DNA of 64,000 nt from Ignavibacteriota bacterium. Lineage in GTDB: Bacteria; Bacteroidota; Ignavibacteria; Palsa-1295. The DNA is taken from positions 120,937-184,936 of the forward strand of contig CAWCCK010000022.1 in NCBI GenBank assembly GCA_963794025.1. The letters are read 5' to 3'. This document shows positions 29,186 to 37,743 of the stretch, one piece after another; the stretch's first letter is position 1, and every line of letters begins with the position of its first letter. The position numbers and the translations under genes were made by a program. Under the pieces are notes generated by a model. That model did no database searches. It worked only from the letters and a program-made list of their open reading frames with translations, and had not been told where the DNA came from.

Positions 29186-29343
29186 TGTCATCCTGAGCGG
29201 AGCAAAAGTTAGTCCGCCTCAGCGGACTAACTTTTTGCGGAGTCGAAGGATCTCCGGACATTCACCGCACAGTGCAACTCCATGAGATCCTTCGACTCCG
29301 TTTTTCTCTCCTTGCGTCAAGAAAAACTCCGCTCAGGATGACA
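29186..29343. repeat. Structured palindromic element with 17-bp perfect terminal inverted repeats (TGTCATCCTGAGCGGAG ... CTCCGCTCAGGATGACA) and nested internal hairpins.
   Basis: Internal hairpins are GTTAGTCCGCctcaGCGGACTAAC and GGAGTCGAAGGATCTC...GAGATCCTTCGACTCC. It lies 43 nt upstream of the SLOG gene start. Related copies are at 1-30 and 31366-31420. Confidence 0.65.
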
Positions 29344-29385
29344 TTTTAAATATATTCCGCTCCAATTCTTCGTAACTTCGTAGGA

Positions 29386-30399
29386 ATGGAAACCACCACA
29401 ACATCGCTCGAACAGATTCCCGTACACGCTGACGCCTCTATCGAATCGCCGGTGGAGCAGTTCATCGACGAGGAGCTGATCCACGCGCACCATCATAGCC
29501 ACCACGCGCTTCCGTGGACGGCGCGTCCTGCGAAGGAATCCGGCCCGCTGCCGCTTGTTATCGGCGTTTCCGGCCACCGCGATCTGCGAGATGAGGACAT
29601 CCCCAAGCTAACGGAAGTGGTGCTTGCCGAGTATGCAACGCTCCGAAAAAATTATCCTTCCACGCCGATCACGCTGCTTTCTGCGCTTGCCAATGGCGCG
29701 GATCGTCTGCTTGCGCATCTGGCGCTTAGTTCTGGAATGCGGCTTGCCGTTGTGCTTCCGATGCCCATCGATCTGTATGAAACGGATTTCGATGCGGCGT
29801 CTCTGATAGAATTTCACGAGTTGATTTCAAAGGCAGAATATTTTTCCGATCTGCCGATCATGCCGGGTCTTACGCGGGAGTTAATTAGCGTGCATGGCAT
29901 CGGCCGCGAGATGCAATACGCGCAAGTGGGCGCGTATATCGCGGCGCACAGCGCCATTCTTATCGCGCTGTGGGATGGAGTGGAACTTAATCTGGTCGGC
30001 GGCACGTCGCAGGTGGTGCGGTTCAAGCTCGATGGTATTCCGGAACCGTACGCGCCGCCGCACAGCGAACTCGACGCGCCGGATAGCGGCCCCGTCTATC
30101 ATATTGTGACGCCGCGTGCTATCAATCCCCATCCGGCACATGCGTTCACGGTGCATCGGTTGTATCCCGCCGGGTTCCGTTCCCATGTCGAAGCCGATAA
30201 AGCGTATGACGACGTGTATTCCCGCATGGAAACGTTTAACGAGGATTCTATCAAGTATTCCGAAGATCTGAAAGAACATTTCCGCGCCAGCAAGGAATAT
30301 ATGTTCCCAGCGCACGCGCATCAGTTGGTGGAGCATCATATCATATCATCGCCGGAAAAAGGAGCATGGTGCAAAAGGGAACCATCATCCGGCCAATAA
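29386..30399 (+). CDS. SLOG-superfamily (DprA/LOG-like Rossmannoid) protein, a putative nucleotide-binding sensor.
   Basis: The core LVIGVSGHRDL...LSALANGADRLLAHLALSSGMRLAVVLPMPIDLYETDF...ILIALWDGVELNLVGGTS follows the DprA/LOG pattern (Gly-rich loop after strand 1, the G..G.D..AH motif, then VVLP...YP-like). Gap to the membrane-protein gene is 13 nt. Confidence 0.55.
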   Translation: METTTTSLEQIPVHADASIESPVEQFIDEELIHAHHHSHHALPWTARPAKESGPLPLVIGVSGHRDLRDEDIPKLTEVVLAEYATLRKNYPSTPITLLSALANGADRLLAHLALSSGMRLAVVLPMPIDLYETDFDAASLIEFHELISKAEYFSDLPIMPGLTRELISVHGIGREMQYAQVGAYIAAHSAILIALWDGVELNLVGGTSQVVRFKLDGIPEPYAPPHSELDAPDSGPVYHIVTPRAINPHPAHAFTVHRLYPAGFRSHVEADKAYDDVYSRMETFNEDSIKYSEDLKEHFRASKEYMFPAHAHQLVEHHIISSPEKGAWCKREPSSGQ

Positions 30400-30412
30400 T
30401 GACCCCAATGAA

Positions 30413-31228
30413 TTGCCGCCATTATTAAAAGAAGATCTCGATTTTTACGCCATCGCCGATGTGCTTTCGCAGCGATTTCAAAAGCGCACCAAAACGACGA
30501 TCCAGTTACTGCTGACCTTCGTATTTTTCGCTGCGCTATTCTTCGAACTCTATTCCGGATTGTTCGAAGAGCCGGCGATGCTCGGGCTGTATCTGGGAAT
30601 GTTTCTTTGTTCGTTCCTCGTCTATTATTGGGCCGAGCGGCATGGTTACCAAACCCGGTACTTGGATTACCGCGCCTTAGCCGAAGGACTTCGTGTGCAA
30701 TTTTTCTGGAAATTAGCCGGAGTCGAAGATTCCGTTGCCGATTTTTACATGCGAAAACAGCGCAGCGAACTCGACTGGATCCGCAACGCCATCCGCGCCT
30801 GCATGATCGGGAACTCACAGCACAGCACCAATAAATTGCTCGATGAAGAAGCCCAGCGCGACCGCCTGAACCTTGTGCTTAAACATTGGGTGGAAGACCA
30901 GGCGAAATACTTTGCGAAAGCTGCCCACCGCGAGCACGAGGAGCTGCATGGCCGCGAGCGGATGATCTCACTGCTTTTTGGCGTCACGCTCGCGCTCGCT
31001 GCGGCGCATGTGATTTTGTTCGGTCATAAAAATGAATTTTTGTTGCTTTTAATTGGCGTGCTTCCCGTTGTTGCCGCGCTCTTGCATAGCTATCTGCAAA
31101 AAAATGCCTTTGCCGAACACAAGCGCCAGTACGACCGCATGAGCGTGTTCTATCATCGCGCAACCGTGCATTTGACTAAACTTATCGGTGAAGATCGCCT
31201 TGTGGATGCTCAGAAAATTCGTTGCTGA
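30413..31228 (+). CDS. Four-TM (2TM - helical linker - 2TM) SLATT-like membrane protein, a predicted effector partner of the SLOG protein.
   Basis: Hydrophobic helices at about residues 30-50, 55-75, 175-195 and 200-220, with a charged helical segment between them. It is co-directional with and 13 nt downstream of the SLOG gene. Confidence 0.5.
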   Translation: MPPLLKEDLDFYAIADVLSQRFQKRTKTTIQLLLTFVFFAALFFELYSGLFEEPAMLGLYLGMFLCSFLVYYWAERHGYQTRYLDYRALAEGLRVQFFWKLAGVEDSVADFYMRKQRSELDWIRNAIRACMIGNSQHSTNKLLDEEAQRDRLNLVLKHWVEDQAKYFAKAAHREHEELHGRERMISLLFGVTLALAAAHVILFGHKNEFLLLLIGVLPVVAALLHSYLQKNAFAEHKRQYDRMSVFYHRATVHLTKLIGEDRLVDAQKIRC

Positions 31229-31315
31229 ATTTGGCCGCGAAGCCCTCGTCGAAAACGGCGATTGGATTCTTTTACACCGCGATAGGCCGCTTGAAGTTCC
31301 CAAAGGAGCGTGAAT

Positions 31316-31342
31316 CAATTACGAATTACGAATTACGAATGG
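31316..31342. repeat. AATTACGAATT tandem motif (3 units).
   Basis: caattacgaattacgaattacgaatg, immediately followed by a hairpin element at 31366. Confidence 0.55.
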
Positions 31343-31365
31343 GGAATTCCGATGCAAGTACAAGT

Positions 31366-31420
31366 GTCATTCTGAACGGAGCACTTCTTCGCGGAGCGAA
31401 GAGGTGCGAAGTGAAGAATC
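31366..31420 (+). repeat. Member of the GTCATyCTGAACGGAGC hairpin-element family (tgtcattctgaacggagcacttcttcgcggagcgaagaggtgcgaagtgaagaatc).
   Basis: It shares the GTCATyCyGArCGGAGC terminus with 29186 and 1-30, and has an internal inverted repeat gcacttcttcgc/gcgaagaggtgc. Confidence 0.6.
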
Positions 31421-31447
31421 TTTTCTCGCTATCAATGAACTCCTTTG

Positions 31448-31888
31448 CTAAGTAGTGGTGAAACCTGTGGGTCGTTTACGAAAAATCAATCGAACCAAAA
31501 GAAAGAACCAATATATAAACCACGCTAACCAAAAAAGGCCGATAATTCCATTCGATTTCGTAGCTCCGGCGGCGATCATCGTTCCCAGAAATATCAGCAC
31601 TTTCCACCAATGAAGATGATGGGTGAAATGCGTGGCGGGAGCCTCAGCATTGGCTTCCGAATGTGGCAGCGCGCTTGACGTTTCATCAGAATGCGTTGCA
31701 TTCGGCGGCGAGATACGTCCTCGGTACGAGATGCCGGTTCCGGGAAGTCCGACGTTGCCATACGTGCCGCGTTTCCCAAGCGTAACGCTCGCGCCGCGCA
31801 CACCCACGGACGTGCTAATACCTGACCTGCTGATGTTCAAGTGAACACCAGGGATAATTTTAATGCGGCGTCTGAATCGAAGACCCAT
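31448..31888 (-). CDS. DUF4236-domain protein with a C-terminal membrane anchor.
   Basis: The N-terminus GLRFRRRIKIIPGVHLNISRSGISTSVGVRGASVTLGKRGTYGNVGLPGTGISY is the characteristic DUF4236 repeat. The C-terminus has two hydrophobic helices. Confidence 0.65.
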   Translation of the reverse strand: MGLRFRRRIKIIPGVHLNISRSGISTSVGVRGASVTLGKRGTYGNVGLPGTGISYRGRISPPNATHSDETSSALPHSEANAEAPATHFTHHLHWWKVLIFLGTMIAAGATKSNGIIGLFWLAWFIYWFFLLVRLIFRKRPTGFTTT

Positions 31889-31932
31889 AGTAAAAGCAAA
31901 ACCGAAGTGATCCGCAATAAATTCAGTCCGAA

Positions 31933-31995
31933 AATTACGAATAAGGGAACACTCAGTCCCTATAATTCGTAATTCGTAACTCGTAATTCGTAATT
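31933..31995. repeat. Inverted arrangement of AATTACGAAT / AATTCGTAATT units (1 + 4 units) around a short hairpin.
   Basis: aaattacgaataagggaacactcagtccctataattcgtaattcgtaactcgtaattcgtaatt. Together with 31316-31342 it brackets the DUF4236 gene. Confidence 0.55.
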
Positions 31996-32001
31996 GCCGT
32001 C

Positions 32002-34833
32002 ATGTTTCCAAAGTTCGCTTTTGGTTTCGGATATCTGATCGTGCTGCTCGCAGCAGGGTTGCTCGCGCTTGGGATTTATTTCAAGTCGGGGACCGTGCCG
32101 GAGTATTCCGGCTCGGCCAGCGTTGCTGGTATTTCGGGAACGATCGATATTGACCGCGATGGATTTGCCATCCCGCATATTCACGCTGCCACGGAGCGCG
32201 ATGCGTATTTCGGCTTGGGTTACGCGGAAGCGCAGGATCGGCTCTTCCAAATGGAATTTGCACGACGTGCGGGTGAGGGAAGGTTATCGGAAGTATTTGG
32301 GAACCGGACGCTGCAAATCGATAGATGGTCGCGCACGATAGGGTTTGCGCGTATCGCCGACCAGATGTGGCTGAAGGCCGGTACGCATACGCGCGAAGTG
32401 CTCACGGCTTTTTCCGGCGGAATCAATGCGTATCTTAAAGATCACCGTAAGCATTTAGGATTTGAATTCGATGCGGTTCAACTTGTTCCGGAAAATTGGC
32501 GTCCGCAGGATTGCCTGATGATCGGGCGGCTGATGTCGTGGGAACTGAACTTCTCTGCGTTGACGGATGCCGCCTTCACCGATTTTTCTCAAGTGCTGGA
32601 TTCAGCGCATTTGCATTCGATCTATCCCGTCTATCCCGACGATGGCGCGACGGTGCTCGGTGGCGCAAATCCGAGCACGTTCGTTTCGAATTATCTGGCG
32701 GGGAGTCGGGCTGGAAGCACCGACCTACGCGAAACAGGCGCACGACCAAAGCCACTTGATACTACGAAGAAGCTACAGGTCATTCCCAAAACTTCGCAGC
32801 GAATGGAAGACCCCGATTCTTCGCGGAACGATTTTGCGTCGCTGTTCCAGCAAGCCAGCGATTTCGATAGCGCGGTTGGCGCGTGTATCGGAGTTGGCTC
32901 CAATGCGTTCGCCATTTCGGGTTCCCACACAGCGGATGGCGCGCCCATTCTCGAAAACGACGCACACTTGCAGCTTCAATCGCCTTCGCGGTGGTATCTT
33001 GCGCATCTTGTAAGCGACGATGGATTCGATGTTGCGGGTTTTCTTATTCCTGGTTTGCCCGTCATTATTTCGGGACGTTCGCACGATCTTTCGTGGGGCA
33101 TCACCAACGGCATGACGGACGAGTGCGATTATTTTATCGAACATCTCGATTCGACTGGAACGAAATATATGCTTCCGAATGGAGCGTCGCAAGCGTTTAC
33201 CGTTATTCACGATACGATTCGCGTGCGTGATTCCGCGAGCAAAGATCAATCGCATGCAGTTCCCATCACGGTACGCATGACGATCCACGGGCCTATTGTG
33301 ACAGGAATGCATCCGCAAGCGATCGAAAGTAAATTTTATAATGATGCTCGCGCAGGCGGCATCCCAAATAATTCCATCTTTTTCCGCGATGGAAAACCCG
33401 TTGCGATGATGTGGAACGGAACCTACGCGCTGACGGACGAGCTATCCGGGTTCCTGGAACTTCCGCGCGCGAAGACCGTCACAGAAGCCAAACGCGGTAT
33501 GTCGGGATTTGCTACGCCGTGCCTGAATCTCTGCTTTGCCGATACGCATGGGAACATTGCATATCAATTTATTGGAAGGATACCGCGCCGGAATGGAACG
33601 GAAGCCCGGCAAACGCTTCCGCGCGATGGAACTAATCCTTCCGACGCATGGATGGGATTTGTGAATATGTCCGAGCTTCCAACGGTAACGAATCCTGCGC
33701 GAGGATATATCGTATCTGCCAATAATCCGCCGTTAAAAGACCGTCCGGTTCCCTACGGAATAAATTGGGAACCCTCATCGCGCGCTGACCGCATTGGGGA
33801 ACTGCTTGCCGAGCGCCCGCACCCAGATGCGGGATATGCGCAGAGCATTCAAACGGATATTATCAGTCCCTACGATCTTCAGCGCGTGCTGCCGTATCTG
33901 CTTGCGCTGTATCCCGATCCCAATCCGCCACGACTCACTGCGGATAGTTCTTCCACGTTTAGGATTGACTCTATGCGGCTCGCATGGAAAGAAGATTCCC
34001 TTTATCGTCATACCTCGATTGGCGATAGCGCGATGAAATATGTCCGGAGGAATGATTCCATTTGGATCGCGGAGCACAAGCTGGCGGACGACCGCTTGCG
34101 AATTAAAACCGAGAACGTCGATCCGTTCACTGCGCAAGTTCTCAATTATCTTCGCAACTGGGATGGCGGAATGCGCGCGGAGGAGATCGCTCCCGCGATC
34201 TATTCCGTGTTTCTAAATCGACTGATCTATAATACTTTTTATGAAGGACTGAGCGGGAACGAAACATCTTCTCAACGGTACGACGAATTTATTTTGCTGC
34301 AGAACATTCCGCTCCAAACGCTGGCGCATTTGTTGCCGGATAGTGGGAATGTATGGTGGCATACCAGCTTCGGCAACAATTATGGGCGCGATTCCATCAT
34401 TCAGCTTTCATTCCATCAATCGCTTCGCATCTTAGCGCAAATTTTTGGTTCCGATATGCGCCAGTGGCAATGGGGGAAATTACACTCGCTCACGATTCGT
34501 CATGCGTTCGATAAAGAAAGCCCGCTCCTTGCCAAATTGGTCGATGTCGAAGGCGGGCCAATGCCCGGCGGGCCGACAACGGTGCTACAAGGTTCCTATT
34601 ATATGTGGAACCCGTATCAAATGCAGGTTGGCCCTTCGATGCGTATGGTCGCGGATATGAAGACCGATGAGCTGCTCGCCGTGCTCCCGACTGGGAACTC
34701 CGAAGCGATCTTCGGCGATCATTACCGCGACATGCTGCCTCTGTATCGAGATGGAACCTTAATTAGAGTTCCGTTAAATGAGCCGACAGAACGTGGCTCC
34801 AATTGGAAACGATTTGAACTGAGACCGGAATAA
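32002..34833 (+). CDS. Penicillin/cephalosporin/AHL acylase family Ntn-hydrolase (943 aa) carrying an in-frame palindromic-repeat insertion.
   Basis: Motifs AYFGLGYAEAQDRLFQMEFARR, the GSNAFAISGSHTADGAPILENDAHL Ser-nucleophile region, and an N-terminal TM/signal. A low-complexity insert lies around 32690-32830. Confidence 0.75.
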   Translation: MFPKFAFGFGYLIVLLAAGLLALGIYFKSGTVPEYSGSASVAGISGTIDIDRDGFAIPHIHAATERDAYFGLGYAEAQDRLFQMEFARRAGEGRLSEVFGNRTLQIDRWSRTIGFARIADQMWLKAGTHTREVLTAFSGGINAYLKDHRKHLGFEFDAVQLVPENWRPQDCLMIGRLMSWELNFSALTDAAFTDFSQVLDSAHLHSIYPVYPDDGATVLGGANPSTFVSNYLAGSRAGSTDLRETGARPKPLDTTKKLQVIPKTSQRMEDPDSSRNDFASLFQQASDFDSAVGACIGVGSNAFAISGSHTADGAPILENDAHLQLQSPSRWYLAHLVSDDGFDVAGFLIPGLPVIISGRSHDLSWGITNGMTDECDYFIEHLDSTGTKYMLPNGASQAFTVIHDTIRVRDSASKDQSHAVPITVRMTIHGPIVTGMHPQAIESKFYNDARAGGIPNNSIFFRDGKPVAMMWNGTYALTDELSGFLELPRAKTVTEAKRGMSGFATPCLNLCFADTHGNIAYQFIGRIPRRNGTEARQTLPRDGTNPSDAWMGFVNMSELPTVTNPARGYIVSANNPPLKDRPVPYGINWEPSSRADRIGELLAERPHPDAGYAQSIQTDIISPYDLQRVLPYLLALYPDPNPPRLTADSSSTFRIDSMRLAWKEDSLYRHTSIGDSAMKYVRRNDSIWIAEHKLADDRLRIKTENVDPFTAQVLNYLRNWDGGMRAEEIAPAIYSVFLNRLIYNTFYEGLSGNETSSQRYDEFILLQNIPLQTLAHLLPDSGNVWWHTSFGNNYGRDSIIQLSFHQSLRILAQIFGSDMRQWQWGKLHSLTIRHAFDKESPLLAKLVDVEGGPMPGGPTTVLQGSYYMWNPYQMQVGPSMRMVADMKTDELLAVLPTGNSEAIFGDHYRDMLPLYRDGTLIRVPLNEPTERGSNWKRFELRPE
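32705..32731 (+). repeat. Copy of the 27-bp element (GTCGGGCTGGAAGCACCGACCTACGCG) inside the acylase CDS, in-frame.
   Basis: Differs from 3676-3702 by one base and encodes SRAGSTDLRE. Confidence 0.7.
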
Positions 34834-34843
34834 CAATTGATTA

Positions 34844-36760
34844 TTACAACTTCACATCGATCTGCACTGTTGCCGTGAACGTGGAAGTTCCCGTATAGGC
34901 TGTAGCACCGCTTCCGATCGTGCGGGGAACGTCATATGCGGTGCCGGCAAGGTAGGCCGAAATCGCGAATGCGCGTGTTGCGTGAACCGTCCCGTGAACG
35001 GCAACACGCCAGCCCAGTCCATCGAGCGAATTGATGGTCGCGGTTCCCGGCGATCCTACTTCATACGAGGAGACCGCGGAATTGCTCGTTGCGGTTTGAA
35101 ATCGAGTGAGCGTAGTAGCAAGTTCCGATCCACCATTCGGAATCTTTATCTTAACTTCTTCCGATGCCTGCCAGCCATCTTCCTCAGTCGTCGAGGAGTA
35201 ATGGACATGATCGAATCGCGTTCGGAACGTGGTGCCGCTTCCCGGATTGTAGGCTGCTTCAAGTTGAAGGTTCAGCGTTTGGCCTTGTAACGTTACTGTG
35301 CCGTTATCGGAAACAGTGCTGGCATTTTCTTGATCGCGCGCGGTTGCTTTTAGGTCGAGCGCATTCGTAGCATGGTAGGACGCGGCGACGAGATAATCGT
35401 ATTTCTGTTTTCCGAAAAGATCGCCTAAGGGAATCAGTTCGCTTTCAAATTGCGAATATGCATTGATGCGAAGCCGGTTTGGGATCGGAACAAGTTCCAT
35501 TCCAACATAATATTCATCCAGATTCGAAAGCGAGGATGCTAACGTTCCCGAAATCTCTCCGAACGGAGATTGAAAACCATACGGAATATGCCGATAGTTA
35601 AGAGAAAATGCGACATTCTTCTCCGGATTAAAAATAGTTGAAAAGAGCAGTGCCGTTTCTTGGGAAGTATCGTTGACGGAGTGCGCTGCTTCGGCAATAG
35701 CCGTCCACTCGCCGCTCATGGCGAGAAGATCCGCTCCCGCCAAACTAAGCTCAGAACCGATAAAGGGCGAGCTTGAGGTTCCCACATACGGATGATCGAA
35801 GCGCAATTCACAGGCTGTTGCGCCGCCTTTCACATAAAGATTTGCCGTATCGGCAGTCGCAATTTCTACGCGCGCGCCTACAACGGTTGCCGACGCAGCA
35901 TTCTCTGCCGCAAGCTCACTTTGCGTTCGATGATAGGTGGATGAATAGATCGAATCGATGGTGTCATTCACAACGTTTGCATCGAAAGGGCGGTCGGACG
36001 CGAAGACAATAACGTGGGACGGTCCCGCCTGAAGTTCCAGCGCAGCACCCTGAAGATCTTTCGTCGTTGCATTCACGGTTCCGCGCAATCCGAAGGAACG
36101 TTCCTCGATCCCACTTGCGGCATGAAGCGCTTTTGCGCTGGCAAGTCCGCCGCCAAAGAGAAGTCCGTTCCCAAACGCAAGCGCATAATCGCCAACGACA
36201 GCTTTTTCGAGCGAAAGTGCAGCAACAATGGGAACCGGATTTCGGAGTTCCGCAAAACCGGTGAGATGGTCGGTGAAACGTGGTTCGCCCGATTGCTTTT
36301 GTTCGAGCGCGCTCACTTCCAATACAGATGAACGAGCAAGAATCCTATTATAGAAAGCTGTTGGGCTGCCTAAATACTGGCCATCGGTATAGGCCGGCTG
36401 CTCATTCGGATCGAGGGGGGATGAGACGCGGCTGCGCAGCGAAAAACTTCCGTTCAAATCGCTGCTTGTAAATGGAGCATACTGTTTCGCCTGTAGTTCC
36501 CGACGCGCGTCGCTCCACGACATATCGGCATTTGCGTGGAGCCGCTCCAAATTATTGCCGGTTTGCGTGGCAAGTTCATCGAGATATTCCAACGTTTCAT
36601 CCGGATCGAGACTGGAAGTTCCGGGAACGTCAAAAATGCGCTGTGCCTCAGCATCAATCGTATCGAGGGCCTGAGCGCGAACATTACTTCCGCACATCAT
36701 TAACATAATAATGACGCCAGCACACAGGCACAGCTTCATTACACCATAGATGCATTTCAC
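34844..36760 (-). CDS. Secreted or outer-membrane-associated protein of unknown function (signal peptide, Ser/Thr/Ala/Gly-rich, beta-rich).
   Basis: 638 aa with an N-terminal hydrophobic signal. It overlaps the upstream beta-barrel gene by 4 nt. Confidence 0.4.
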   Translation of the reverse strand: MKCIYGVMKLCLCAGVIIMLMMCGSNVRAQALDTIDAEAQRIFDVPGTSSLDPDETLEYLDELATQTGNNLERLHANADMSWSDARRELQAKQYAPFTSSDLNGSFSLRSRVSSPLDPNEQPAYTDGQYLGSPTAFYNRILARSSVLEVSALEQKQSGEPRFTDHLTGFAELRNPVPIVAALSLEKAVVGDYALAFGNGLLFGGGLASAKALHAASGIEERSFGLRGTVNATTKDLQGAALELQAGPSHVIVFASDRPFDANVVNDTIDSIYSSTYHRTQSELAAENAASATVVGARVEIATADTANLYVKGGATACELRFDHPYVGTSSSPFIGSELSLAGADLLAMSGEWTAIAEAAHSVNDTSQETALLFSTIFNPEKNVAFSLNYRHIPYGFQSPFGEISGTLASSLSNLDEYYVGMELVPIPNRLRINAYSQFESELIPLGDLFGKQKYDYLVAASYHATNALDLKATARDQENASTVSDNGTVTLQGQTLNLQLEAAYNPGSGTTFRTRFDHVHYSSTTEEDGWQASEEVKIKIPNGGSELATTLTRFQTATSNSAVSSYEVGSPGTATINSLDGLGWRVAVHGTVHATRAFAISAYLAGTAYDVPRTIGSGATAYTGTSTFTATVQIDVKL

Positions 36761-37647
36761 AGCGCGAATCCAATTCCAAAGCTGACGGACGTGCCGAGAT
36801 CGGGATGACGAACTGCCGCGAAGTCGGCAGTGAAGTTCCCAGTAGCGACACCAATGCCTCCGGAAATTTCTCCGGTTCCCGTATCCCCGCCCGCGCGAAC
36901 GAAGAGGTGGGAATCAATATCATATTCCGCGCCGACGTGAAAAGCAGCGTTATATTCCGCGCTCGATTCGAACGCGGCGTCCAGCGTAAGATCGTTTGTC
37001 GCACGATATGAAAGTCCAAACCATCCCACGCGATCTTCGACGGAGTCGCCATAATTATTATAGAGGCTGACGAGGTGCGTAACGGCGGCGGCAAGTGTAA
37101 GATTTGGGAACAGATCGAAACTTACGCCCAGATCCACGCCGATGTCATCAAGCGGAAGGTACTCGGAACCAAAAGTTTCCTGCGAATAGCGAATACGGAT
37201 GCCGGCCACGGCATGGCGCCTGGTAGAACTATCGCCGTCGTTAACATTCGTTCCGCCAACGGCAAATGTTCTCGATGCCTGGATGCCAAATGTTTGCCAG
37301 GAATAGGCGTCGGTCCATTGATACCGGCTGAGCGACACACCGGCAAGCCAAAGCGGATCGAGCGGAATATCCCCGGCAAATCCGGCGCTCCAGCTTTCGG
37401 GAAGTCCCAACGGCAGTGGCGAAAGCGTTGCGTGCAGATGAGATGACGTATCGACTGGGAGTGCGGGACTCGGAACCCATTCATCGCGCGCATCGGCTAG
37501 ATCGCTGCCACCGATCGCGAGTGAGCGTGGGGAATCGCTCGTAGCGCCGAAAATCTGCGCGTGCGCGATGGGAACTTCGGTCAGCGCAATAAAAAGAAAA
37601 ACGCAGAACAGGACGCGCATGGGACAAGTACAAATTACGAATGACAA
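36757..37647 (-). CDS. Outer-membrane beta-barrel protein (PorP/SprF-like or OMP_b-brl-like).
   Basis: Signal peptide MRVLFCVFLFIALTEVPIAHAQ, alternating hydrophobic beta-strand pattern, about 296 aa, ending GIGFAL. Confidence 0.45.
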   Translation of the reverse strand: MSFVICTCPMRVLFCVFLFIALTEVPIAHAQIFGATSDSPRSLAIGGSDLADARDEWVPSPALPVDTSSHLHATLSPLPLGLPESWSAGFAGDIPLDPLWLAGVSLSRYQWTDAYSWQTFGIQASRTFAVGGTNVNDGDSSTRRHAVAGIRIRYSQETFGSEYLPLDDIGVDLGVSFDLFPNLTLAAAVTHLVSLYNNYGDSVEDRVGWFGLSYRATNDLTLDAAFESSAEYNAAFHVGAEYDIDSHLFVRAGGDTGTGEISGGIGVATGNFTADFAAVRHPDLGTSVSFGIGFAL

Positions 37648-37657
37648 ATTACGAATG
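37633..37657. repeat. AAATTACGAATGA tandem motif (2 units).
   Basis: aaattacgaatgacaaattacgaatga. Confidence 0.5.
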
Positions 37658-37743
37658 ATATTCGCAATTCAAAGTTCTCAAAACTTTTCGGGGACGAAAA
37701 TACGAAGAAAATCATGATGAGATGCAAGAAGCACTATTTTAAC

